DNA of 64,000 bases from Longimicrobiales bacterium (lineage in GTDB: Bacteria > Gemmatimonadota > Gemmatimonadetes > Longimicrobiales > Gaopeijiaceae): assembly GCA_965197725.1 (NCBI GenBank), contig CBDANQ010000058.1, positions 64,001-128,000 of the forward strand, in the 5' to 3' direction. Position numbers and translations under genes: made by a program. Under the pieces are notes generated by a model that searched no databases, was not told the origin of the DNA, and worked only from the letters and a program-made list of their open reading frames with translations. Shown here in pieces: positions 40,305 through 49,997 of the stretch; position 1 is the first letter of the stretch, and every line of letters begins with the position of its first letter.

Positions 40305-40712
40305 ATGAGGGCCATCGTTTTCACTTCACTCTTCGCGTGCGTGGTGGCGCTCGGCTGTGCGGGCGCGGGCTCGGGCTCGGCACCCACGGGCTCGGCACCC
40401 GGGGGAAACCCGGACCTGATCACGTCCGAGCAACTGCGCGCCCCGACCGTCAGCTTCATGTCCGCCGACGCCGCTATTCGGTTCCTTCGGCCCCGCTGGC
40501 TGCGGAGCCGCTCAGGCACGCTGGTCGGGGGGCGGAATTTCGCCTACGTATTCATGGACGGCGGCCCGTTCGGAACTATCCGGACGCTGCGTTCGTTACC
40601 GGTTTCCGATATCAGTGAGGCTCGCTTCATCAGCGCGAGCGATGCGACGACCAGCTACGGTACCGGGTATCCGGGAGGGATCATCTTGATCACGAGCCGG
40701 CGCCGGCGCTGA
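40305..40712 (+). CDS. Small lipoprotein with TonB plug-like domain
   Basis: Lipobox ALGC; LITSEQL, IRFLRPRWL, DATTSYGTGYPGGIILITS. Confidence 0.8.
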   Translation: MRAIVFTSLFACVVALGCAGAGSGSAPTGSAPGGNPDLITSEQLRAPTVSFMSADAAIRFLRPRWLRSRSGTLVGGRNFAYVFMDGGPFGTIRTLRSLPVSDISEARFISASDATTSYGTGYPGGIILITSRRRR

Positions 40713-40820
40713 TCCGCGGCCACCTCGAACTCGGCCCCGCAACGTCCAAAGACGTTGCGGGGCCGTTGTTCAGGTCCCTCTGCTTGCGTTCCTACGCTTG
40801 CGTTGGGTGGGTCAGCTCCG

Positions 40821-42176
40821 TCAACCTCCCAACCCCGTATAGAACGGGTTGCTGTCGAGCTCCTGCTGCGAGACCGGCCAGCGGCGATCGATACCCAGTT
40901 CCTGGTTCGCCACCGCCCAGTTCGTATTCGTGATGTCGTAGTACCGCATGTCCTGCCAGCGCCGGCCCTCCAACCAGAACTCCGTAGCGCGCTCGTACTT
41001 GATCTGCTCGAGAATCGCCGCACCGTCGCTACTCGCGAACGCCGGCAGCCCCGCGGCCGCACGAACAAGATTGATGTTGTCCACCGCGCCGGCCATGCTG
41101 TCCGCGGTCCAGTGCGCCTCCGCCAGGACCAGCGCTGCCTCCTGCCACCGGCTGACGGCGATGGGCTCGGATATAGATGTCCACTTCAACGGCTCGTAGT
41201 AGTCCACGTTCCCCCGGCCGACGGTGATCAGCTCGGTGTGGACGATCCGCGGATCGACCATGCCGCTCACCGGATCCACCGTGAAAGCATACCGGGGATG
41301 CATGCTCTGATAGACTTGGCCGCTCGTATAGTTATCCGCGAGCTCGTTGATGCTCGCCGGCGGCGAGTGGCGGATGTTAAGCAAGTACGTGGAGTTTGCC
41401 GCCAGCGCCTGTTCGGCGGCTTGCCCCGCGGCTGCAAAATGCGATGTCATCGATCCATCTCCATCATCCCAAAACAGCGAGCGGTAGACCCGGGCCTTCG
41501 TACCGAGCGCCGCCGCTTGCAGATTCGAGTCGCCCGCGGCGGCGGCGATCTGCGCCGCATTGTCGAGGGCGGTCAGCGCCAACGTGAGAGCCGCGGCCGG
41601 TGTAATCGGAGGGTTCCCATCAAGGGTCACTTCCTCGAAAAGGTCCGCCAGCATCACGAGCGAGAGCCCATGCCAGTAGTTGACCTGCGCCACCCGTATA
41701 TCACTGCTCATATCAACGAGGGGCGCCAGGCGCGCTAACATGTCGGCCGAAACCCATCGCACCAGCGACAGATCGTTGTAGGTCGCGTCGTAGTTCTCGT
41801 TCCAACCGTCCATGTATCCCTCAGCGAGCCTGATTCTGTCGGACCGGGTCGAGTAGAACCAGCCCTCATCGGAGACCTGGGCCACGTAGAGGATAGCCGT
41901 GGAGTAAGCGTCTGACATCGAGGCCTCGGGCGCGGTCGCGAGGGCGCTGACCAGCTCCGGATCGTCCAGGTCCGTGTCCAGGATGTTCGTGGGGTTTTCC
42001 ACGTCGAACAGATCGCCGCACCCGGCTGCGGCCGTGATCAGCAACATTAATAGCAGATATGCGCTCCACGATGTTGTTTTCATGGTGCTTTTCACCTTTT
42101 TGATTGGTTTCGCTTGCCTTGACCCGGCTGACCCCGCCGCCACGTTGTGGTGCCCGTTCTCAGTCATGTCAGTCAT
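40821..42176 (-). CDS. SusD/RagB-family lipoprotein
   Basis: AGGAGG RBS, lipobox AAGC, INLVRAAAGL, YERATEFWLEGRRWQDMR, WPVSQQELDSNP. Alternative start at 42083. Confidence 0.92.
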   Translation of the reverse strand: MTDMTENGHHNVAAGSAGSRQAKPIKKVKSTMKTTSWSAYLLLMLLITAAAGCGDLFDVENPTNILDTDLDDPELVSALATAPEASMSDAYSTAILYVAQVSDEGWFYSTRSDRIRLAEGYMDGWNENYDATYNDLSLVRWVSADMLARLAPLVDMSSDIRVAQVNYWHGLSLVMLADLFEEVTLDGNPPITPAAALTLALTALDNAAQIAAAAGDSNLQAAALGTKARVYRSLFWDDGDGSMTSHFAAAGQAAEQALAANSTYLLNIRHSPPASINELADNYTSGQVYQSMHPRYAFTVDPVSGMVDPRIVHTELITVGRGNVDYYEPLKWTSISEPIAVSRWQEAALVLAEAHWTADSMAGAVDNINLVRAAAGLPAFASSDGAAILEQIKYERATEFWLEGRRWQDMRYYDITNTNWAVANQELGIDRRWPVSQQELDSNPFYTGLGG

Positions 42177-42188
42177 GGAACACCTCCT

Positions 42189-45100
42189 CTAGAACGTGAC
42201 GCGAGCCCGCAGCGCGATCCGCCGCGGAGCCGGGAAATTGAACCAGTCGATATTGTGTACTAATGCTTGGGTGGTGAGATCGCCCCGCTCCCCGTCATGG
42301 TCCGTCATCAGTGGATCGCCTGTTGCACTGGATCCCCTACGGTTCATTTCGTTGATGTACTTGGACCAAATATAGACGTTACGGGCCGACAGCATCAGCT
42401 GCACGGAGCTCACGCCACCGACGATTCCCTCCAGGAACGACTGGGGCACGTCGTACGTAACGCCAAGCTCCTGGAATCTGATGTAGTCGCCAGGCACCAT
42501 CCAATTCGAGAGGATGAGATGGTGTTCGGGGCCAAACTCGTCGGCAATCTCCTGCTTCCTCGCGGTCGAGGTGCTCGGGTCATCCAGCTCCTTGTCCCAC
42601 GCGGCGGTCCGTGGTGTGACCGAGATGGATTCCCGGATGATCTCTGTCTCGTTGGAGATGATGAAGCCACTGGCGCCGGTGAACAGCGCGCTAAGGCTGA
42701 AGCCGCGCGGGAGATCGGCGATCAGGCTGCCGGTCCCCGTCAGCGTCGGAACGGAATGGCCCACAAAGGCGAGGGAGTCGCCCCCCGCAGCGTTCTTGAG
42801 GTTGTTGGGTTGAATGTTATGTATGGAATTCACCTGCTCGATAGGCACCGTCAGCCTGTACGGGTCGGCGGGATTTTTCACCGCCGTGATGACGTCCCCG
42901 GGGGCAAACCCCTCGCGGATCATGCTCCAGCGCCGACCGGCTTGTAGCCGGAAGGGGGCGATGGCGCCCAGATCAGCAACGTTCATGTCGAGCGTGGCGA
43001 TTTGGGTGTTGGTCCGCAAGGAAAAATCGCGACGCTGGATCCAGGTTACGTCCGCCGAAATCTCAAATCCCTGCGACTCGAGGGTACCGGCGTTGGTGAG
43101 CTGTTTTTGGAGGAACCCATTCGAGACTGGGAACGGCGCCGCAATCAATGCGTCTTTGGTCTCTTGGTTGAAGTACACGACCTCCAGGCCGACCCGGCCC
43201 CCAAAGAGGCCCAGCTCGACCGCGACCTCCCGTTCGATGGAGCGCTCCGGCCCCAGATCCGGGTTGCCCAGATTCAACGGGAGCACGGCCCCTGAGAGGA
43301 ATGGGGCGGGCTGCCACGTCCGTTGGGCGTCGAAGGAGCCGGGCTGCAGACCCGACGTGCCCAACGCCGCCCGGACGCGGAACTGGTCAAAGCCCTCGAT
43401 GTTCCAGAAATCGTGGTCGGAGACGACCCAGGAGACTCCGCCCTTGGGGTACACCTGGAATCCGAAGTCCTCACCGAAGGCGGAGTTGCCGTCGATCCGG
43501 ACGCCAGCAGTCAGGAAGAGCTTGTCGAAGAGCCCGATCTGCTCCTGGGCAAACAGGCCGGCATTGATGACCTCTTCGAAAGTCTCGTCCAGCGAGGTGA
43601 CGGTAGCGCCACCCCGCAGGGTTTCCAGCGTGGGCGCCGCGAATGCCCGGACGGCGGATCGCCTGAACCAGGTGTCCTCCCAGAAACTCTGACCGCCCAC
43701 GACGAACGTGGAGCTCAGGTTCTCGCTGAACTCCCGCTGCCAGGAGGTCTTCGCCTCCACGGTGAGGGCCGTTCGCCTCTCGGCGCGCACGTCGCGACGG
43801 CCATCAGCCTGTCTCGCCTCGCCGCCCTTGGGGACGAATGTTATCCCCTCCTGCTCTACCTCGTTGAAGCCGACTGTCACCTGGCTCTGGATGTCCGGCG
43901 TCCATCGATAGGTGGCCATTGAACTGACGACGAGCTGGTTGTGGGTCAGCCGGTTCTTATGGGCGAGGGAGCCCTTCACCGATCCGAAGAGCTCACCGAA
44001 CGGACGGCCCGGGTTCGTGTTGGCCGGGTCCGAGAGCAAGACGCCGGTCATCCCAAAGTTCGGGTACGGCGCCCTAGTAAAATTCCGGACCACGTTGAGG
44101 TTCAGCTGGGTCTCGAGCTTGTCGGTATGCTGGAACGTCAGACCTATGCGGCCAGAAGAGTTTTGCAGCTTCGCGATCTCGACCGGAACATTGCCAGACT
44201 CGTTGAGCCAGCGCGCCGACGCGTAGTACTGGACGCCCGGCGTTCCACCCCGGACAGAAGCAGAGTAGTTCTGCCTGTAGCCGGTTCGCAGGAGGACTTC
44301 CTTGATCGGGTCGTTAAAATACATCTTGTCCTCGACGGGCTCCCATTTCCAGTTACCCGGGATCCTGTCCTTGTCAATATCCGTCAAGCCCTGCTCGATC
44401 TCGAACGAGTAGGTAGGGGCGCCGACCGTGCCCCGTTTCGTGAAGATCTGGATCACCCCGCTGGACGCCTCGGTGCCGTAGAGGGTCGCGGCGGCCGCAC
44501 CCTTGATCACCTCGACCCGCTCGATGTCGGCCGGGTTAATGTGGTCGAGGGGCGAGGTCTGGAGGCTGGCGAATACACTTGCCTTGTTGTCGACGCGGAT
44601 GCCGTCGATGTAGATGATCGGATCGTTCCGCTGGGAAAGGCTTACAGTTCCTCGCATGACTACCGGCGACGAGGCGCCCAGCTCGCCTTGCGCCGCAGTG
44701 AATAGCCCGGCTACCCGCCCCGACAGCGCTTCCGTCAGATTGCGTACGGGCAGTGCTTCCAACGTTTCGGCGCTGACGGCCACGACGGTCTGCCCGAGCC
44801 GGCGACGCTCCGTCACGACCCCTGTCCCGGTGACCACCAGCTCCTCAAGGGCGATCGCCTGGGATTGCATCTCGACATTCACGGTGACGCTCTGGCCGGC
44901 CACAACCGTGACCTCCTGCGTCTGCAGTGCAAAGCCGATGATCCGGAACTCAACGACGTGCGTCCCGGCCGGGATGCCGGGGATCAGGAAGCGGCCGTCG
45001 GCGCGGGCCAGCGCTCCTATGTTTCGCGCTGGGATGCTGACCTGCGTGCCCGCGAGGGGCCCCAGGGTGTTGGCATCCACCACCTGCCCGCTCAGCGTGC

Positions 45101-45191
45101 CCGTCTGCTGCGCGCGCAGCGAACCGGCTGCCATCGCCATCAGGGCCAGAACGATGGCCCCGTGAACAAACAACTGACGAGGGATTCTCAT
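42189..45191 (-). CDS. SusC/RagA-family TonB-dependent receptor, paralog 1
   Basis: LEELVVTG, DPIIYIDG, DIERVEVIKGAAAATLYGTEASSGVIQIFTKRG, DGNSAFG, C-terminal Phe. Confidence 0.95.
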   Translation of the reverse strand: MRIPRQLFVHGAIVLALMAMAAGSLRAQQTGTLSGQVVDANTLGPLAGTQVSIPARNIGALARADGRFLIPGIPAGTHVVEFRIIGFALQTQEVTVVAGQSVTVNVEMQSQAIALEELVVTGTGVVTERRRLGQTVVAVSAETLEALPVRNLTEALSGRVAGLFTAAQGELGASSPVVMRGTVSLSQRNDPIIYIDGIRVDNKASVFASLQTSPLDHINPADIERVEVIKGAAAATLYGTEASSGVIQIFTKRGTVGAPTYSFEIEQGLTDIDKDRIPGNWKWEPVEDKMYFNDPIKEVLLRTGYRQNYSASVRGGTPGVQYYASARWLNESGNVPVEIAKLQNSSGRIGLTFQHTDKLETQLNLNVVRNFTRAPYPNFGMTGVLLSDPANTNPGRPFGELFGSVKGSLAHKNRLTHNQLVVSSMATYRWTPDIQSQVTVGFNEVEQEGITFVPKGGEARQADGRRDVRAERRTALTVEAKTSWQREFSENLSSTFVVGGQSFWEDTWFRRSAVRAFAAPTLETLRGGATVTSLDETFEEVINAGLFAQEQIGLFDKLFLTAGVRIDGNSAFGEDFGFQVYPKGGVSWVVSDHDFWNIEGFDQFRVRAALGTSGLQPGSFDAQRTWQPAPFLSGAVLPLNLGNPDLGPERSIEREVAVELGLFGGRVGLEVVYFNQETKDALIAAPFPVSNGFLQKQLTNAGTLESQGFEISADVTWIQRRDFSLRTNTQIATLDMNVADLGAIAPFRLQAGRRWSMIREGFAPGDVITAVKNPADPYRLTVPIEQVNSIHNIQPNNLKNAAGGDSLAFVGHSVPTLTGTGSLIADLPRGFSLSALFTGASGFIISNETEIIRESISVTPRTAAWDKELDDPSTSTARKQEIADEFGPEHHLILSNWMVPGDYIRFQELGVTYDVPQSFLEGIVGGVSSVQLMLSARNVYIWSKYINEMNRRGSSATGDPLMTDHDGERGDLTTQALVHNIDWFNFPAPRRIALRARVTF

Positions 45192-45244
45192 GATTCCTTC
45201 CTCCTTCTGGTAGTGAGACTAATGATGTAGTGAGACTACTGCTC

Positions 45245-45312
45245 CGTGCATCTCTACACGACGTGCATCTCTACACGACGTGCATCTCTACACGACGTGC
45301 ATCTCTACACGA
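45245..45312. repeat. 4 x 17-bp perfect tandem array of a near-palindromic motif in the SusC leader
   Basis: cgtgcatctctacacga x4, flanked by gtagtgagacta x2 (45210-45238) and cgacgtggcaag x2 (about 45310-45334). Confidence 0.95.
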
Positions 45313-45364
45313 CGTGGCAAGACGACGTGGCAAGGTAATATCGCGGCATTCCCGACGCAATAAT

Positions 45365-47212
45365 TCAGCATGTCTGACAGTTATGGTTGTTCTTCGACCC
45401 CAAACTCTCCAGCAGGTCCCGGGTTTCCGGGTACGGCGGCACCCGTTGGAACGGGGAGTTCGCCATGTCGGCGGTGGTGTGCCCCCGGCGGCTCAACGCC
45501 ATGACATCGGTCCCCTGCTCCACCAGGAACAACACCACATCGGTGTCTCCGCGGGCCGCGGCGTGGTGGAGGGGGCTGAATCCGTTGTGGTCTCTCGCGT
45601 TCACGTCCGCGCCGAGTTGCTCGACGAGGTACTTCACCGCCGGCAGCCACCCATTCGGCACGTGCCGGTGCACGTTTGCGGCGTACCCCTCACCGTACCC
45701 CACACCCGAGGCCGCGTGGATCGGGTGCACTCCGGGCCCACCTATCGGCACCGGCGGCAGCCCGCTGGGATCCTCCACGTCCTCCTCACCGTACCGGGTC
45801 CGAGGCTCTCGTGTCTTCTTGGTGGGAATGCTCGGATCCGCGCCGTAGGCCAATAGCAGGCGCATCGCCTCCACGTCCGTACCATAGGCCGCCCGCCAGA
45901 ATGGCGTCGCGCCCACGAAGTCCACGCCCAACATACCCGAGAAGTACCACCACAGACCTTTATCCAAGCGCATGTTCGGATCTGCTCCGGCATCGAGTAG
46001 CGCCTTCATCACCTCCAGGTATTCGGCCCTCTGCCGCTCATGCGCTCTGCGCTGCGGATACTTCGTCCTTGGCCCCCACTGCACGTTGATCGCGGCAAAG
46101 AGCGGCGTAGCCCCGGCGTCGCTGGCAAGGTTCGGATTCGCACCCTGCTCGAGGAGGAGCAGCGCAAGATCGAAATGGCCGTTCATGGTGGCGATGAGCA
46201 GCGGGCTGGTCTTGTCCCCCGCGCTCAGCTGGTTGAGGTCCGCGCCCTCGTCGAGAAGCGCGAGCACCGCTTCCCTATGGCCGGCCCGAGCCGCGTGCAG
46301 CAGCGCGGTTAGACCACCCCAGCTCTGCGCCGAGCTCCGCCGAGAAGGCGGTTGCGCAGAAGCCTTGTCGTCTGCCTCCACCATTACCGTCGAGTTCAGC
46401 TGAACCTCTCGCGCGGCCCGAATCGCCGCCTGAACCTGGCTTGGGGTCACACCACCCTCTGTGCCCCGTGCGAGAACCTGGACGCCGCCGCCCATCATAT
46501 CTCGTTCTTCCGGGACCTCCGACGTGGCTTCGGCCGGGTCTTCTTTGACCCGAAACTGTGCCACCAACTCCTCCAGGCGCTCCTGGGCCGCTTTATCCAC
46601 CGTTGCCCGCTGGGGCACATCCACGACCCGCGTGATGATCCCCGGGTCCGCGTCTCGCTGCACCAGCGCCCGGATCGCTTCCGGGCGATTGTGCGCCGCC
46701 GCCAAAATGAGCGGTGTCTGTCCCCACTCCGCCTCACGGGCTTGCACATCCGCGCCGTGGTCCACCAGAAGCCCAATGACCTCCGCGTTCCCAGACTCGG
46801 CCGCGAGGTGGAGCGCGGTCGCGCCACTGTTGGTGGTGGCGGCGTTCACCTCGCTTCCCGCCTCGAGCAGAGCTTCGACCACCGGCGCGCTCCCGGCCCG
46901 GCTCGCCAGGTGAAGCGGCGTGTAATTGCCGATTCTTGTTCCGGCCCGCACGTTCGCCCCGGCGTCAGTGACCAGCCGCGCCATCTCCACGTCGCCTCGC
47001 TGCGCCGCCCAGTGCAGCGCTGTCATCCCGTCCCCGGAGGCCTGGTTCACATCGGCGCCCTGCCTGATCAGCTCCCGCAGCGCCGCCGTGTCCCCACGCT
47101 TCGCCGCATCCACCATGGGGTCTTCTGGGAACATTCCCCAAACCGCGGCTCCCGCGAGAAGCGCCGCCATCAGCAGGGCACCCATCACGTCTACACGTAG
47201 ACCGGTTCTCAT
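45365..47212 (-). CDS. Exported ankyrin-repeat protein with C-terminal NHxCxxC
   Basis: Repeated GxTALHxAA/TPLHLA units; ends NNHNCQTC; ATGA overlap with the upstream gene. Confidence 0.93.
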   Translation of the reverse strand: MRTGLRVDVMGALLMAALLAGAAVWGMFPEDPMVDAAKRGDTAALRELIRQGADVNQASGDGMTALHWAAQRGDVEMARLVTDAGANVRAGTRIGNYTPLHLASRAGSAPVVEALLEAGSEVNAATTNSGATALHLAAESGNAEVIGLLVDHGADVQAREAEWGQTPLILAAAHNRPEAIRALVQRDADPGIITRVVDVPQRATVDKAAQERLEELVAQFRVKEDPAEATSEVPEERDMMGGGVQVLARGTEGGVTPSQVQAAIRAAREVQLNSTVMVEADDKASAQPPSRRSSAQSWGGLTALLHAARAGHREAVLALLDEGADLNQLSAGDKTSPLLIATMNGHFDLALLLLEQGANPNLASDAGATPLFAAINVQWGPRTKYPQRRAHERQRAEYLEVMKALLDAGADPNMRLDKGLWWYFSGMLGVDFVGATPFWRAAYGTDVEAMRLLLAYGADPSIPTKKTREPRTRYGEEDVEDPSGLPPVPIGGPGVHPIHAASGVGYGEGYAANVHRHVPNGWLPAVKYLVEQLGADVNARDHNGFSPLHHAAARGDTDVVLFLVEQGTDVMALSRRGHTTADMANSPFQRVPPYPETRDLLESLGSKNNHNCQTC

Positions 47213-49731
47213 GACTCTCTCCCTTGCTCTTGCCCTTGCTCCTGGTCGTCTCCCGCTTCCGACGTCACGACCCGCGGTCGGGTCATCTGGAACGCGCCGC
47301 TCTTCACCACACCCATGATGAGGGACGAAATGTGGTAATCGTTCGCTTCCGCTTCCCTGGCGATCGCCCGAATGGTCGGCTGATCGTAGTACTCGACCCG
47401 CCGCCCCACGGCGTATGCCATGAGATTAGTGGTGAAGTTTCTCACTAGGAGAGTCGGCCGCTTTAGCATCACACTCGACAGTTCCTGCAGATTCGATATC
47501 GGCGTCCCGTCGTAGTAGTCGCCGCGGGTGTCCAACGGCATCCCGTTCTCCCGGATCCGCCATTCGCCCGTGACACCGAAGTTGTCGAGCGCGAGCCCAA
47601 TGGGATCCATGAACTGGTGACACGCCATACAGGTCGGGTTCGCGCGGTGCATCTCCATCCGTTCCCGCGTCGTCAGCATGCGTCCGTCCTGCGTGCCCTC
47701 TGTTTCCTCCAGGGCCGGTATGTTAGGCGGCGGCGGCGGCGGCGGCGTGCCGAGCAGAACCTCCATGACCCACTTCCCACGCAGCACGGGCGAGGTCCGG
47801 TTGCCCATAGACGTCAGCAGCAGGACGCTGCCCTGGCCCAACAACCCTCTGCGCGTGTCATTCGGGTACTCGACCCGCCGAAACGACTCCCCTACCACGC
47901 CCGGAATCCCGTAGTGCCTGGCGAGCCGCTCGTTCACGAACGTGTAGTCCGCACGGTAGAGCTCGAGTACGCTCCGGTCCCCGCGGACGAGGTCGTAGAA
48001 GAACAGCTCCGTCTCCCGCCGCATATCATCGGCGAGCTGCTCGTTGAAATTCGGGAACCAGTACGCGTGCGGTTCGACCTTGTCCATGTCCTGCATCCGC
48101 AGCCAGGAGACGGCGAAACGGGTGGCCAGCGCTTCCGAGCGGGGATCCTCGAGCATCCGTCGCACCTGCTGCTCGAGCACCTCGCCAGTCGAGAGCCTGC
48201 CTTCGTTGGCGATCTGGACGAGCTCGTCGTCTGGCGACCTACCCCAGAGGAAGAACGACAGGCGTGACGCCAGGTCCGCATCGTTGAGCTGATAGGCCTC
48301 CCCCGCCCGGACATCCTCCGGCGCGCTCTCCATGCGGAAGATGAAGTGGGGGCTCACCAACATCGCCTCAAGGGCCGTTCTAACCCCGATTTCGAACCCC
48401 CCCTCGTCCGCACCAATGTCATAGAAGGACAGCAAGCCACCGATATCCGCGTCGGTGAGCGAGCGCCGGTACGCCCGCCTCGCCAGCCGGGAGATGATTT
48501 CCTCCGCGCACGGCCGCGCTTCGGCGGGAGACGTCGGACGGCAGGTGAAGATCGCCTGACGGACGGCTGTCCCCGACCCCGCCCCCCTGGAGTTGTACGG
48601 TCCCAGAATAGTTAGCGACCTCATGTGCGGCAGCAGCGTGACCCCATAACCGACGGGGTGCCTGGTGCCCGCCAGTGACCACTCATGCGGCTGAAGCACA
48701 TCGTCGTACACCCCATCGCTTTGCCGGGTGAACGCAGCCGCCACCCGGTGGTCGCCCGCCCGCACAAAGATCGGCTCCAGCCTCATCACCCAGTTGGGCC
48801 CAAAATCGGCATCCCTATCCAGCACCTCGACTTGCAGCAGAGCTACCCGCTCACCATTGATGGAGAGATCAAGATCCTCGAACCTCGCCACGTCCCCACC
48901 CCAGAACGCCATCTCGAAAACGTACTCGCCATCCGCGGGGAAATGCTGGTCCACCACGATCCCGCCTCGCGTCCCGTAGGGCGCGCCCTCCACATAGTCC
49001 CACGGATGCTGCGACTGGTACGGCGACACAGTGTGCGTTTTTGACGTCGACGCCGGGTTGCGATGGCCCACGGCCAGCCGGCTGACCTCGTTGGCCGCGG
49101 TTAGGTAGGCCTCGAGCAGCTCAGCCGATAGCGTCTGGGCGTTCGCCATGTTGTCGAAGTTCGCCAGATACGTGTCGAGTGGCAGCCACTCTGACGGGTC
49201 CACGTCCAGACCCAGAAGGTCACTGATCACCCTCTGGTATTCGGCCCGATTGAGCCTCTGGAAGGACCGGCTGCCGGGATTCGGATCGGCGGCCGCCGCC
49301 TCGTCGACCGTCCGCTCCAGCGTCTCCACCAGGGTCTGCAGCGTGTCCCCACCCGGTCGCCGCCTGCCCGGCGGAGGCATCATGCCCGCGCGCAGCTTGG
49401 TGATCGCCTTTTCCACCGTCTCCGCCATACGCGGCGCCTGCGCCACGTCGAACCCCTCGAGCGACAGGTTGCCCGTCAGCCTCCTGTCGTTGTGGCAAAC
49501 GACGCAGTAGCGCTCGATCACGGCGTTGAGGTCCTCGCGCAATACGTCGGGCGCCTCCACGGCTCCGACCCGTGAGTCCCGGTCCGCTGCGAGGGCGCCG
49601 GCGAGCATGGCGTTGTGGGCCAGCGGCGCTCGCTCGTTCAACTCCGAGCCGCCGCCTCTGGCCTCAAGTCCGAGCACGACGGCCATGCCAGCGAGCCCGA
49701 TGCATAATATGACGTTGACGTGAAGTCTCAC
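47209..49731 (-). CDS. DUF1592-family (PSD/PSCyt) c-type cytochrome domain protein, copy 2
   Basis: CVVCH and CMACH heme motifs, RLNRAEY, LASRLSFFLW, TSPVLRGKW, PPPPPPN. Start uncertain (ORF extends to 49794). Confidence 0.92.
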   Translation of the reverse strand: MRLHVNVILCIGLAGMAVVLGLEARGGGSELNERAPLAHNAMLAGALAADRDSRVGAVEAPDVLREDLNAVIERYCVVCHNDRRLTGNLSLEGFDVAQAPRMAETVEKAITKLRAGMMPPPGRRRPGGDTLQTLVETLERTVDEAAAADPNPGSRSFQRLNRAEYQRVISDLLGLDVDPSEWLPLDTYLANFDNMANAQTLSAELLEAYLTAANEVSRLAVGHRNPASTSKTHTVSPYQSQHPWDYVEGAPYGTRGGIVVDQHFPADGEYVFEMAFWGGDVARFEDLDLSINGERVALLQVEVLDRDADFGPNWVMRLEPIFVRAGDHRVAAAFTRQSDGVYDDVLQPHEWSLAGTRHPVGYGVTLLPHMRSLTILGPYNSRGAGSGTAVRQAIFTCRPTSPAEARPCAEEIISRLARRAYRRSLTDADIGGLLSFYDIGADEGGFEIGVRTALEAMLVSPHFIFRMESAPEDVRAGEAYQLNDADLASRLSFFLWGRSPDDELVQIANEGRLSTGEVLEQQVRRMLEDPRSEALATRFAVSWLRMQDMDKVEPHAYWFPNFNEQLADDMRRETELFFYDLVRGDRSVLELYRADYTFVNERLARHYGIPGVVGESFRRVEYPNDTRRGLLGQGSVLLLTSMGNRTSPVLRGKWVMEVLLGTPPPPPPPNIPALEETEGTQDGRMLTTRERMEMHRANPTCMACHQFMDPIGLALDNFGVTGEWRIRENGMPLDTRGDYYDGTPISNLQELSSVMLKRPTLLVRNFTTNLMAYAVGRRVEYYDQPTIRAIAREAEANDYHISSLIMGVVKSGAFQMTRPRVVTSEAGDDQEQGQEQGRES

Positions 49732-49954
49732 TGGCTCTACCTTACTGCTTGAACGGACGGACGGTCGCGGAAATGCTCGCGCCTTGTGCCACACCCCACC
49801 TCATTCCGTGGCCGAAATTAGTACCGTGCGGAGTTGACTCGCAAGAACGGCCCGAAACTGTCCGAGTAGCTCAGCCGGAGGAAGAAGTCACCGAGCTCCT
49901 GGGACGGGTGAAGTCGGCACGGGGCTGCCGGGGGGCTGGACCAGAGAGACGGCG

Positions 49955-49987
49955 GAGGTTCGGCGGTCAAACGGACCGCCGAACCTC
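49955..49987 (-). terminator. Perfect 14-bp stem-loop after the ankyrin gene (terminator or mRNA stabiliser)
   Basis: GAGGTTCGGCGGTC-aaacg-GACCGCCGAACCTC, 10 bp past the stop; no U-tract. Confidence 0.6.
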
Positions 49988-49997
49988 TAGGCCTGGC

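Noticed and set aside
45245..45335. CRISPR-like array
   Set aside because: Units are contiguous 17-mers with no unique spacers, and no cas genes are present.
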